The position numbers were made by a program, and so were the translations under genes. This document shows positions 22,680 through 32,060 of a DNA stretch of 35,938 nucleotides, piece after piece. The stretch lies in IMG/VR virus record IMGVR_UViG_3300045988_106014, one strand, 5' to 3'. Each line of letters starts with the position of its first letter. The first letter of the stretch is position 1. The notes beneath the pieces are model-generated. The model was given only the letters and a program-made list of their open reading frames with translations, was not told the origin of the DNA and made no database searches. The DNA comes from a virus.

Positions 22680-23576
22680 TCAGCCCTCCGCCCACGCGCT
22701 GGAATAGCCAACAGACAGGCCGTGTGCTTTCTGCTGCAAGACGCTGGCCGCAGCGGTGGTCATGGGCGGGAATGTGACGGTGTAGGCCGTCGGGGTGCTG
22801 CCATTGGCAGCGGCAAGGATAGCGTCGAAGTCGCCCTTGCTCATGGGGCCGATGGTGGGGCACTGCAACGGTGTGGTGTTTTCTGCGGGTTTCGTGTCGG
22901 TGCTGGGCTTCGGGTAGCCGTTCAGGCCCTTGGCGCGCATGATGGCAGGATAGTCCACATAGGACACATCACAATCCAGCGACGCGCCAAAGCCCTTGAT
23001 GCCCAGTGCGTTGCGGCTGGAATACTGCCACAGGCCGTTTTGCACAGCATTGGTGTCCGTGGCCGTGTAGGCCGCTTCCCACTTGTCGAAGCCGGTCAGC
23101 ACAGATAGGTTCGTGTAATTTACGAAGAAATCACGCGAACAATACACTGCTGCATAATAGCCCGCCTTTTCCCACACTTCCAGCGCGGATTTGATGATGG
23201 CGGTATTGACGGCTTTGCCGCACGTTTTGTTGAACGGCTCATATTCTACATCGTAATAGATCGGATAGTCGAACTTGTGCCCGGAAATAGCCCTGATGGT
23301 CTGTTCTGCCGTGACAGCCGCCGCGTCGGCGCTCTGATCGTAGCAATAGACATAGATACCCATGGGCACGCCGTACTGCTCACAGCCCTTGATATTGCGC
23401 AGCAGGTGGCTGTCCATGTACAGACCGCCTTTGCCGTGGCGGGCAGAATAGCCAGCGCGCAGGATGGCAAAACCGGGGTTTGTTCCGCCGTTCACACGGC
23501 GCAGTTCTGCCGCCACGGTTGCCCAGTTGATTGCGCCTTGATGGTGGGAAACGTCGATTCCGTAGATTTTAGACAT
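22680..23576 (-). CDS. endolysin, GH25 muramidase with C-terminal wall-binding region
   Basis: MSKIYGIDVSHHQGAINW... GH25 signature; 298 aa. Confidence 0.85.
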   Translation of the reverse strand: MSKIYGIDVSHHQGAINWATVAAELRRVNGGTNPGFAILRAGYSARHGKGGLYMDSHLLRNIKGCEQYGVPMGIYVYCYDQSADAAAVTAEQTIRAISGHKFDYPIYYDVEYEPFNKTCGKAVNTAIIKSALEVWEKAGYYAAVYCSRDFFVNYTNLSVLTGFDKWEAAYTATDTNAVQNGLWQYSSRNALGIKGFGASLDCDVSYVDYPAIMRAKGLNGYPKPSTDTKPAENTTPLQCPTIGPMSKGDFDAILAAANGSTPTAYTVTFPPMTTAAASVLQQKAHGLSVGYSSAWAEG

Positions 23577-23739
23577 CGGTTTGTTCCTTTCTGACCGGGC
23601 GGATGCCCAGCGCGTAGTTAAATTCGAGTTCTGCCAGCGCGGCCCGCTGGTCGGCGGTGTCCACCCCTGCCGCTTCGGCAGCGGTCAGCGCTTCGTCAGC
23701 CAGATCAAGCGCGGCGCGGGCAAGGTCTGTCGGCATCAT
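23569..23739 (-). CDS. small hypothetical protein
   Basis: Start taken at ATG 23739, overlapping the XkdX-like stop (TGATGATG): MMPTDLARAALDLADEAL... Confidence 0.4.
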   Translation of the reverse strand: MMPTDLARAALDLADEALTAAEAAGVDTADQRAALAELEFNYALGIRPVRKEQTDV

Positions 23740-23861
23740 CACGGGCGTGGGCCGCAAATCTGCGTCGCCTGCAACTCTGTCAGATTACCGCTGTCAACCT
23801 GTTCCCATACCTGTGCAGCGGTGACGCGGCCAAGCCTGTACATAAGTTTCCAGAATGCCAT
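23739..23861 (-). CDS. XkdX-family small protein
   Basis: 40-aa ORF not in the track: MAFWKLMYRLGRVTAAQVWEQVDSGNLTELQATQICGPRP. Pattern and position (between the fibre genes and the lysis genes) match XkdX. Confidence 0.6.
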   Translation of the reverse strand: MAFWKLMYRLGRVTAAQVWEQVDSGNLTELQATQICGPRP

Positions 23862-23864
23862 AGG

Positions 23865-24197
23865 TTACACCCCCATCATAACGGCCAGTGTGTCATAGAT
23901 TGCGTTGATTTGTTCCTGCACAGTGGGCAGGGGTTCATCCTCTGCCCATGCGGCGGCATACGTCCACCAATCGTCAAACTTGGCGTTGATGGTATCGGCG
24001 GTTTCACCGGAACGGTCTGCACCCAACTTGCCGATGGCAGTTTCACACTGCCACAGTTTAGCATCAGGCGTTTCATCACCGGTATCAGTTTCAACCTGTT
24101 TGGCGTTTTTACGCAAATACAGCCATGTCGTGCCATCGGGCAAGGGTTCCAGCGTAACGGCAGCAGGTTTGTTGTCGAGGGATTCCGTAATAATCAT
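23865..24197 (-). CDS. XkdW-position hypothetical protein (acidic, 110 aa)
   Basis: Start at ATG 24197, overlapping the RT stop (ATGA): MIITESLDNKPAAVTLEPL... Confidence 0.5.
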   Translation of the reverse strand: MIITESLDNKPAAVTLEPLPDGTTWLYLRKNAKQVETDTGDETPDAKLWQCETAIGKLGADRSGETADTINAKFDDWWTYAAAWAEDEPLPTVQEQINAIYDTLAVMMGV

Positions 24198-25426
24198 ACG
24201 GCAAGGCTCCTTTCTTTGATCGCGGCGGCGCGCACCGCCCATTTTGCAGATTTGAATAGTTTTTGCTGGTTCAACGCTTCGGCAGCAGCGCGGGATTTTG
24301 TGCCCTTGAAATATCCGTTGTAGCTTATCAGGCGGTACGAACGGTAAAGCGGGATGAAGTGGCTGCGCTTCAAGTCTGCCCCTGCGCGCATATACTGCCG
24401 CCGTGCTCGCTTAAAAATACCCGGGCGAACGGTAGTATAGGTGCGGTGCATGACATACCCTGCCATATCCAGACCGGGGCAACCTTTGGCCGCGCCTTTC
24501 AGGTGTCGGCGGCGGTGTTCCTCTGCCGGGGATAGAAAGTCAACGCGCACCCAACTGTCCTTGATTGTCAGGTGCAGCGTGTCTTTGACCCATTTTGTAA
24601 TCTTACGGGCCGCGCTCTGGATGTCAGCCCATCGTCGGCCCATCAACACAAGATCGTCCATATAGCTGCCACTGCGCACCACAAGCGGCACGGACACACC
24701 GCGCCGGGTCTTGACATAGCCAAGGATGCGGACAAGAATATAACTTGCGACAAGATTGAACATCCATGCTTCCAGATAGCCGCCGATCAGCAAGCCGCCG
24801 TTCGGTGACATTGCCAGCAGGCAGCGCACAACGGCCAGCAGCCAAGCGGCGAGCGGAATTTCATATTGCAGAATCGCAAGCACAAGTTCCTGTTTCGTAT
24901 GCTCGTATGCGCCTTTGACATCCAGTTTTAAGGCGTGCTGGATGCCAAGACTTTTACGGCGCAGCCATCGTTCAACTTGCCGCTTTAGTGCCGTCTGGCC
25001 TTTCTTCGGGATGCTGGCGAACTGATACGGCAACAGTCTTGCGCGCAGCAGTGGCCGCAGGCCAAGATAGGCCAGATGCCCGAAACATTGATGCAGCGGG
25101 CAGCAGTCAGACAACTGCCGCAGTTTCATACTGATACCATCAATGCGCGGGAAAGTATGCACCGGGTCAAGGTCAAGATCGTTTGCACTGCCGTCCAGCG
25201 GATCATCAATGCGCTGTTCCATTTCAAGGGCAATGCCGTGAACTACTTCAAGGCGCGGCCCCATATCCGCCACGCGGGCGGCGGTCTGTAATTCTGCACG
25301 GGTAACACCTCCGTACTTTTCCGCCATAGCCAGATAATTACGACGGAACCATTTATCGTTAAAGGCTTCTAAGGCCGCTTGCTCACACAGTTCATGTGTA
25401 AGCGGCATATATCTGTTCTTTTTCAA
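24194..25426 (-). CDS. reverse transcriptase of a diversity-generating retroelement
   Basis: 410 aa; YMDD at 24653..24664; LDVKGAYEH (motif 3); LIGGYLEAWMFN (motif 4); lies directly downstream of TR. Confidence 0.9.
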   Translation of the reverse strand: MKKNRYMPLTHELCEQAALEAFNDKWFRRNYLAMAEKYGGVTRAELQTAARVADMGPRLEVVHGIALEMEQRIDDPLDGSANDLDLDPVHTFPRIDGISMKLRQLSDCCPLHQCFGHLAYLGLRPLLRARLLPYQFASIPKKGQTALKRQVERWLRRKSLGIQHALKLDVKGAYEHTKQELVLAILQYEIPLAAWLLAVVRCLLAMSPNGGLLIGGYLEAWMFNLVASYILVRILGYVKTRRGVSVPLVVRSGSYMDDLVLMGRRWADIQSAARKITKWVKDTLHLTIKDSWVRVDFLSPAEEHRRRHLKGAAKGCPGLDMAGYVMHRTYTTVRPGIFKRARRQYMRAGADLKRSHFIPLYRSYRLISYNGYFKGTKSRAAAEALNQQKLFKSAKWAVRAAAIKERSLAV

Positions 25427-25676
25427 ACCCTCAAAGCCTTTCGTTCTTGCTGATGTTCAACGACGTTCGGTTGCTGTGGCCCTTGCAGCAGGGCCGCAGT
25501 ATCTACTACTAGCCGCCACGCAGGCCCATGGCCTGCGGCCATACACACCACCCCGCGCGTATCTCTCGCATCGGCGCAGCTATATGGTGTCGGTATCACA
25601 TGATCTTAGCGGTCAAAGCCGCAGGCGCGGTACAACGCTTTTGCCCGCATTGTGCGGACTTTATTTTCATCAGCAT

Positions 25677-25819
25677 GGCGGGGCGAACCGTTCCAATTCG
25701 AGTTCGCGGGCGAATTGTTGCCATTCGCGCACGGGATGCCACACGCGCCATTGTCGTTAAGATTGCCAGAACGCCAAGGCGCGTACAGGCCCGCACTACC
25801 GGGGGAATTGAAAGCCGCC
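25677..25819 (-). repeat. DGR template repeat (TR), 143 bp
   Basis: Aligns with 25940..26082 at an offset of 263. The 12 mismatches are all T in TR on the plus strand, which is A on the transcribed strand. Confidence 0.9.
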
Positions 25820-25895
25820 GAACGCCGCTGTACCACTCCATAAGGAATATTGCTTACAGGATTATGTAGGGGCCTGCTGCCCCTCTGGGTGGCGC

Positions 25896-27629
25896 TTACG
25901 CGCTCACCCATTCACCCCGCTTTTTACCGCTTCCTGCAAGGCGGGGCGAACCGTACCAATACGAGATCGCGGGCGAATAGTTGCCATGCGCGCACGGGAG
26001 GCCACACGCGCCATGGCCGTAAAGATGGCCAGAACGCCAAGGCGCGTACAGGCCCGCACTACCGGGGGAAGCGAAAGCCGCCCGCACATAGGTGGAATCA
26101 CTGCCGCCAAATTTCACAGGGTTCATGGATTCAGCGGCAAGTTTGTTCAGTGCGCGGATATAGTTCCAACTCCATTTGTTGGCGTTGGGCAGATCGAACG
26201 AACTGGTCTTTTCATAGTTCGCCGTGATGCTGCCCGCCTGTTTCTCGGAATCGCGGCAGGAATAGACATCATAGTGCCAGTGATCGTCAACAAGACTTGC
26301 CTGCCACAGCGGGTCGAGTTGTTCGGTATAGTTGCCGATCTGCATTTCAACGCCTGCCACGCGGTAGGGGTATTTACCATTCGTCAGGTTGCCCATGCAG
26401 CCATCACTATGACCGGGCAGACATTCCGTCGTGCCGGACGGCCAAGGCATGGTAGACAGCAGCATGGTAGTGGTCGGGGAAATGGCATCCGTCAAATCCA
26501 GATTCACAATGCCGTATTCCACGCCGCCGATAACTTCGGATGTGACGCTGACGACCTTTGCCCAGTTGAAAATATTGTGGTTGTAGGACTGGTTTCTATC
26601 GGTGGTGGGGCTGGTTTCGCCGCTGCGCTCACCCAGACACACGCCGGAACCGGGCAGGATGTTTGCGGCCTGCGCCGTAGTCAGCACAACGCGCTTGACG
26701 TTCGCTTCGGCCACGGCGGGGGTATACTGGTAATTGTAGGACGTGCAGCCCTCCAACTTGCCGCTGTTGCTCTTTGTCCAGTGGCGCAGCCGCCATGCGG
26801 ACAAGGCAAACTGCTGATCACAGTCGTTCCACAGTCCTTCGTATGTGGTAGTTTTACGTGCCAGAGGGATGCCAGCGTTGGCACTGACCCAGACCATGGG
26901 CGGCTTGCCGATGCCGCTTGTCATTCCGCCCTTCGTGTTCAGACCGCCGCAGTAGGCGGGATGCCATGTCATAACGCGCATCGTGCCATCGGGGGCCACG
27001 TCACCAGCCATCGGCACATAGCCGTTGCCGGGATAGGTGCGCCAACTGTTATACATATAGCTGGCATCTTCCCATTCTTTCAGGCACAGCGCCAAAGAGA
27101 AGCAGTAGACGGGGGCGGTTTCGCCCGTGATGTCAAACTCGCGTTCACCTTCCAGCGCAAGGATGTTCATAGTGCCATCGGCAAGGCTCAAAGCATTACC
27201 GCGAATGTACCACGTCATCAAATCTTCTTCGGCCCAGTCGGTTACATCGGTGGTTGTATCGGTCACAAGCGGTGCGGCGGAACGGCCATCCGCCAGATCG
27301 TCCAGCGGCGTACCCGTGTAGTCAGAAGATACCGTGTCCAGATAGAAGCGCAGCGTGTAGGCCAGTTTGTACCCGGCTTTTGCCATCATGGCAAAGAAGC
27401 GGCACAGGCGGTCATACTTCGATGCACCGCCGGTGGCGCTCAACGGCCACCAAAGCCAAAATACTTTTGTAGTGTTCGTGCCGTCCAGCAGTGCGCCAAA
27501 ACTCGCATCAATGAATTCGGCGCTTGCGTTGCCTGCCGCAATCGCGGCCAGCAATTCCGTCTGCTGCGACATGAGATCACGCATTTCTTTGCCTGTGTCA
27601 TCGGTAAAAGGAAAACATACAGGGTTCAT
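25896..27629 (-). CDS. DGR target / variable protein, probable distal receptor-binding protein (C-type-lectin-like VR at the C-terminus)
   Basis: 577 aa. The C-terminus ...SPGSAGLYAPWRSGHLYGHGACGLPCAHGNYSPAISYWYGSPRL is encoded by VR. Follows the tail fibre genes. Confidence 0.85.
   Translation of the reverse strand: MNPVCFPFTDDTGKEMRDLMSQQTELLAAIAAGNASAEFIDASFGALLDGTNTTKVFWLWWPLSATGGASKYDRLCRFFAMMAKAGYKLAYTLRFYLDTVSSDYTGTPLDDLADGRSAAPLVTDTTTDVTDWAEEDLMTWYIRGNALSLADGTMNILALEGEREFDITGETAPVYCFSLALCLKEWEDASYMYNSWRTYPGNGYVPMAGDVAPDGTMRVMTWHPAYCGGLNTKGGMTSGIGKPPMVWVSANAGIPLARKTTTYEGLWNDCDQQFALSAWRLRHWTKSNSGKLEGCTSYNYQYTPAVAEANVKRVVLTTAQAANILPGSGVCLGERSGETSPTTDRNQSYNHNIFNWAKVVSVTSEVIGGVEYGIVNLDLTDAISPTTTMLLSTMPWPSGTTECLPGHSDGCMGNLTNGKYPYRVAGVEMQIGNYTEQLDPLWQASLVDDHWHYDVYSCRDSEKQAGSITANYEKTSSFDLPNANKWSWNYIRALNKLAAESMNPVKFGGSDSTYVRAAFASPGSAGLYAPWRSGHLYGHGACGLPCAHGNYSPAISYWYGSPRLAGSGKKRGEWVSA
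25940..26082 (-). repeat. DGR variable repeat (VR), 143 bp, inside the 3' end of ORF 25896..27629
   Basis: See TR. The invariant GC-rich 3' end CGGTTCGCCCCGCC (coding strand, 25940-25953) is IMH-like. Confidence 0.9.
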
Positions 27630-27632
27630 GCT

Positions 27633-28457
27633 TTATACCTCGCTTTCATCGTTTACGAAAAATGCAAATCTGCCGTCGCTGGTATAGCCGAAAGAATACT
27701 TTGCCGCGCCAGCATAGCCCGCCGCTTCGTCGGCGTATGTCTTGGCCTGCTGCATCAACTTGTCCGCAGCGTCCTTGCTCCGGGCGGCCTGCGTGGCCTG
27801 CTGGGCGGCGGCGTTCTGTGCTGCCTTGGCAACATCACGGGCGGCAACAGAGGTTGCCGAAGCGTCAGACGCTTCCTTCGCGCTGTCAATGATGGATTCC
27901 ACAGCTTCAAGGGCAGTGTTCTTGCCTTGCTCGACCTGCTCGGCGGCGTTCTTTACATCGGCGGTGGCATCGGCAGTGACCTTTGCGTTGTTTGCAACCT
28001 GCACGGCCATGGCCTGCAAATGCGCCACAAGATCAGCGCCGCCGATGTCCTCAACGGGGGCTTCAGCGTTTTCCTTGGCAATACCCGTGCCCATTTCGCT
28101 GTGCCATTCATGCAGTGACACGCCGCTGTCATCAACTTCGATACCGCACACATTGAAATGCAGCTTGCCTTTGCGCGCCATTGCGGCGGGGCTGGGTGTC
28201 CAGTCCATTTCAATGCAACCATCAGATGTAAGCGTGGTGATGTCGATGGGGTCGGAGAACGGCCCGCCGCCGCCATTGTTACCAACGACGCGCCAAACAA
28301 AATTTTGGGACAGGTCAAGGCCGCTGGCGGTTACATGGCCGTTGATGCGGATGTGCTTTGTTTCAACATTTTTGTCACCGGCGACACCGAACAATTCCTG
28401 CCCGGTGGGAATAGTGATTGCACGGGTCAAGACATCAATCGTGATAAGTTCTGCCAT
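27633..28457 (-). CDS. tail fibre/baseplate-associated protein with Ala/Gln-rich coiled coil (BppU-N-like N-terminus)
   Basis: 274 aa; ITIDVLTRAITIPTGQELFGVAGDKNVETKHIRI... N-terminal pattern; long AxxA coiled-coil region. Confidence 0.5.
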   Translation of the reverse strand: MAELITIDVLTRAITIPTGQELFGVAGDKNVETKHIRINGHVTASGLDLSQNFVWRVVGNNGGGGPFSDPIDITTLTSDGCIEMDWTPSPAAMARKGKLHFNVCGIEVDDSGVSLHEWHSEMGTGIAKENAEAPVEDIGGADLVAHLQAMAVQVANNAKVTADATADVKNAAEQVEQGKNTALEAVESIIDSAKEASDASATSVAARDVAKAAQNAAAQQATQAARSKDAADKLMQQAKTYADEAAGYAGAAKYSFGYTSDGRFAFFVNDESEV

Positions 28458-28471
28458 GGTTCATCCCTTTC

Positions 28472-30166
28472 TTAGTAATACAGCAGGGTGATATTTCGTA
28501 TAGGAGTGCCACCCTGTCGGTTTGCGACATATATAGTGTTTCCCACAATACGAATGCTATCTACTATGTTGCTACTTCCATCGCCGGAACCGCCGTCAAG
28601 CGACGCGACACCGACAAGCGTTCCACCTGTCAGCGTATAGTGCCACTCCATTGCGGGGTATTCGTGCGGCCAGCTTGAAACGTTCATGGTGATCGTCTTT
28701 AAGGGCTTGGCAACTACGCTGCCGCCGCCACTGTGCTTTCCGGGTGGCACCGTGATAGACCCGCCCGGCGCAAGCGTTGCGCTCCAGTCGCCGTTGTCGG
28801 CCATCTGGCCCCCTTGCTTGCTTTTGGCATCGGTGTTATAGAATGTTTTTCCCGCCAGAACATCAGCAGCGGTGGCGCTGCCGGACAGGGCAAGCGTGCC
28901 CCTCTTTTTGGTTTTGGGGTCGTTGGTGTAAAACTCTTTCCCGCTAAGAACATCGCTTGTGTCGGCGTTGCCGGACAGAATCAGCGTACCGCCAATGCGC
29001 AAGCCCTCTTTGCTGGTCATGGTGTACCCGGCCATCAATTCACCCTTGCCAGCCGTGCCGAACTCTGTCATCTTGGCTCGGGCTTCGGGGGCATTTTTAG
29101 CATCGTCAGCGTGGTAGTAGCCTTCAGGCAGATCACGGATTGCTATATAGTCGGTTCCGGCTTCCACGCTCCCGCCGTACTGGTTTTGACCACGGTCAGG
29201 CATGGTTCCTTTTTTCAGCGCTTTGTTGCCCGCATAGTACGGAACGCCCGCCAGCACTTGACCGGGCTTGGCGGTGGCCTGTGCCAGCTTTCCAAGGGAT
29301 AACCCACCGCCGCCGCTAAAATTTAGCTGGGTTCCGTCGTAAGAGAACAACACCCAACGGCCCGCAACGATTGCGTCGCCGTCCACGGCATCCGCGCCGC
29401 AGTAGGCGGGAACGTTCTTGCCGTTTACCGTCCATGTGTCGCCGCTGGCCCACGCCGCAGGGACTTTGAAGCGGCCAAAACCGCCGTGTCCTGTCAGCGC
29501 GTAGACCTTGCCGCTTTTGGTACACTTGTAAATTTGTGCAGTTACATCCACACCGCTGCCGTTCGGGTCGTACTGCGCTTTTGTCATAACTGCCGTGCCC
29601 GCGTTCAACTGGTTCAGCTCCGAACTGACGGCGGAAATCATTTCATCGACTGCCGCCTGCATGACGGATGTGCCGATGCCAGAAAACTTGCAGTAGACAT
29701 ACCCGCACAGATCAGCGTCGGCGCGGCGGTCTGTAATCATGGATGCCGTAATGGCGGTAGCGCCTGCGGGAATCCGCACATGATACAGGCACAAATCGTA
29801 TGCGTCGGCATCACGGGTGCAGGCAGGGGCAGTCGGGTTGATGGCAGGCGTACCGGGTACAACAACGGCGTGGATGTCGCGGGAATTGACATCCCGCCGC
29901 AGCATGACCGCGTCAATGCGCGCCAGCGTGCCGTCAGCATAGCCGAATGTAAGCGTTAAGGGGCTGTCGTTCTGGTAGTGGTAGCCATTTACCAGTGCGC
30001 GGCCCGCGCCCAGTGCGGCGGTCATGGCGCCTGCCGGGGCAAGCGTCAGATCATCGTTTTGGCACACGCCAGAGTGGAACAGCGCATCGGTGATCGCGGC
30101 AATGTGGGCTGTTTTGTACTTCCTGTCGCCGCCGGACGACGGGAAAAAGCCGCTCCATTCTCCCAT
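28472..30166 (-). CDS. tail fibre / host-specificity protein with three (A/T)xxDVLxGKxFY repeats
   Basis: 564 aa; N-terminus MGEWSGFFPSSGGDRKYKTAH...; repeats GQVLAGVPYYAG, SDVLSGKEFYTN, ADVLAGKTFYNT. Confidence 0.6.
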   Translation of the reverse strand: MGEWSGFFPSSGGDRKYKTAHIAAITDALFHSGVCQNDDLTLAPAGAMTAALGAGRALVNGYHYQNDSPLTLTFGYADGTLARIDAVMLRRDVNSRDIHAVVVPGTPAINPTAPACTRDADAYDLCLYHVRIPAGATAITASMITDRRADADLCGYVYCKFSGIGTSVMQAAVDEMISAVSSELNQLNAGTAVMTKAQYDPNGSGVDVTAQIYKCTKSGKVYALTGHGGFGRFKVPAAWASGDTWTVNGKNVPAYCGADAVDGDAIVAGRWVLFSYDGTQLNFSGGGGLSLGKLAQATAKPGQVLAGVPYYAGNKALKKGTMPDRGQNQYGGSVEAGTDYIAIRDLPEGYYHADDAKNAPEARAKMTEFGTAGKGELMAGYTMTSKEGLRIGGTLILSGNADTSDVLSGKEFYTNDPKTKKRGTLALSGSATAADVLAGKTFYNTDAKSKQGGQMADNGDWSATLAPGGSITVPPGKHSGGGSVVAKPLKTITMNVSSWPHEYPAMEWHYTLTGGTLVGVASLDGGSGDGSSNIVDSIRIVGNTIYVANRQGGTPIRNITLLYY

Positions 30167-31189
30167 TTAGATGTCCTCCAAATTCAAAGTTTCGGATTTT
30201 GTTTTGCCCGTCACCGGGTAGATCGTGACACTGCCTTTTTCATAGACTTCTTCAACCTCGGTAACACGTTCGTTCATGGTGATGCCAATACTGGAATCGC
30301 CTGTTGTAACGATGTCGCCCAAGTCCCAATCCTGCATATAGGCGAAGTTCTCAATGTTCACGGCAGTGCCCGTGAAAGATTTCGTTTTGATGTGGTCGAA
30401 CAGGCCCCAACCACATTGTGTTTTCAGCTCGTCCAGATAGGCCGCTTCGGTTTTGTCATCGGGCGTGATGCTGGACGCATCCACAAAGCAGACGCGCTTG
30501 CGCCCGCCGTTGGAACGGTCAATACAGGCAACCTTGCCGTCACTGCCGCGCGCATAGGCTACATTGCAGTAGTCGGATTCGTCAAAACTGTATTCCGGGT
30601 CGATGAAGTTCTGAAATTCATCGGTGAAATACACAATGTTGTTGTCGGTCTGATCGGCACTTCGGTCTGTGCCCTCGTACACTTGGAAGGTGAACTGCTG
30701 GTTTTCGGAAAATAACAGGCGGAAGCCCAGTCCGTAGGCTTTGGCAACGGCTGTCATGGCTTTCAGCGTGTTCTTGAAGTCCAGCTGAATCGTGATTTTT
30801 GCGCCGCTGGGTAGTGCCGTTTTGTCAACGACCAGTTCGGGCACGGATTCGCGGGCATCTTCGGCCAGTTGGCAAAGGATTTCGGCAGGCGTGCCCGTGA
30901 AGGATTTCGTTCCGATGACATAGGCCATCGAAAAATATATTTCAAGCATCCGCGCAAAGGCGGTGATCTCGCCGCCTTTGGTTTTGATGCCCATAATGCG
31001 GGCGGATTCGGTGCGACCTACCCTGCGCAGGATAACGCCCGCTCGGATAGCGGCAAGGTTTTCTTTGGTAGCGGGCAGATGCAGTTCAACTTCTCCGGCA
31101 GTCCAATACTGCCGCCGCCAGCGCAGGGATGTGTAGAAGTCAATGGTTCCGATAAATTCGCCGTTTTCGCGGTAGGCATACAGTTCCAT
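30167..31189 (-). CDS. Sipho_Gp37-like tail-associated (Tal-position) protein
   Basis: 340 aa; position directly after Dit; N-terminal pattern MELYAYRENGEFIGTIDFYTSLRWRR. Confidence 0.6.
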   Translation of the reverse strand: MELYAYRENGEFIGTIDFYTSLRWRRQYWTAGEVELHLPATKENLAAIRAGVILRRVGRTESARIMGIKTKGGEITAFARMLEIYFSMAYVIGTKSFTGTPAEILCQLAEDARESVPELVVDKTALPSGAKITIQLDFKNTLKAMTAVAKAYGLGFRLLFSENQQFTFQVYEGTDRSADQTDNNIVYFTDEFQNFIDPEYSFDESDYCNVAYARGSDGKVACIDRSNGGRKRVCFVDASSITPDDKTEAAYLDELKTQCGWGLFDHIKTKSFTGTAVNIENFAYMQDWDLGDIVTTGDSSIGITMNERVTEVEEVYEKGSVTIYPVTGKTKSETLNLEDI

Positions 31190-31192
31190 AGG

Positions 31193-32056
31193 CTACACCC
31201 CCCAGAATACCGGTGTGCTGGACATAACGACATCCAGATTGTCAACGCCGCTTTCCGCATCGTAGCGGAACACGTTGCTGCCGGGTTCAACCTGTAACCA
31301 CGTCGAACCGAACACCCACGTATTGTTTGCGCCCTTTTCCACGCCGCCCGATTTCAGCGTGATTCGCTTATTCTTGAATCCCGTCGTGACGGTCAGCACG
31401 TCGCCCGCGTGCATCTGGCAGTGTATTTTAAAGCCCTTTTGGCTTCGGACTTCAAACAGGCTTGGATTCGTCACCGCACCCGTTGCCATGAATTGCACGG
31501 TCAGGCCGCGCGCAACGTTGCTTGTGTTTTCAACGGCAACAGCCAAGTTGGCACGCTTTGCCGTCATTTCAAACGGTTCGTCTGGCAATTCAAGCACGTC
31601 ATCGGGAAATTCAATCAGCCCGTCCCACACAGCCATTTCAACACGGTCATCGGTAACAGCCTTGAATTTCGGGTCGGGGCACACCAAACTGATCGTGACT
31701 TTGCGTTGCTGGCCCGTGGGGTCAACATGGACAAATTCGGGTACATAGTCAATTTTGCGGGTGATGCCCTCATCGGTCACGTACAGCGTGCCCGTGGAGT
31801 CGCGCGGAAAGTAACTGTACAGTTTTTCCCGCATAGAACGGATGTTATCCTTTAGCCAGCAGTAAATTACAATGTTGCGCTTCGTGGCCGTGCTGGACTT
31901 GTAGTGTTCGCCGTCCTGATCGTTGCCTTTTTCGGTATCGACGTCAAAATCGGAACTTGTCAGGCCGTCCACATCTTCCAGCCAGAGCGGCCAGCGGAAG
32001 CCGACTGTAATTTTCTCGCCGCTGCCGTTATCACAGACAAGCAGGAAATTTCGCAC
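31193..32056 (-). CDS. distal tail protein (Dit)
   Basis: 287 aa; directly downstream of the tape measure gene. Confidence 0.7.
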   Translation of the reverse strand: MRNFLLVCDNGSGEKITVGFRWPLWLEDVDGLTSSDFDVDTEKGNDQDGEHYKSSTATKRNIVIYCWLKDNIRSMREKLYSYFPRDSTGTLYVTDEGITRKIDYVPEFVHVDPTGQQRKVTISLVCPDPKFKAVTDDRVEMAVWDGLIEFPDDVLELPDEPFEMTAKRANLAVAVENTSNVARGLTVQFMATGAVTNPSLFEVRSQKGFKIHCQMHAGDVLTVTTGFKNKRITLKSGGVEKGANNTWVFGSTWLQVEPGSNVFRYDAESGVDNLDVVMSSTPVFWGV

Positions 32057-32060
32057 TGTC

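Noticed and set aside
25596-25911. ORFs 25606..25911 (-) and 25596..25841 (-) as a possible Avd or accessory gene of the DGR
   Set aside because: They are simply readings of TR (one in the VR-equivalent frame, Asn-rich) and its flanks, with no independent start context. Avd proteins are basic helical bundles, which these are not.
25921-25946. Hairpin CCCCGC-N20-GCGGGG immediately 3' of VR as the DGR target-recognition cruciform
   Set aside because: The stem is only 6 bp with a 20-nt loop and overlaps the IMH-like block, which is too weak to claim. The better-formed 25866..25882 hairpin is mentioned instead, at low confidence.
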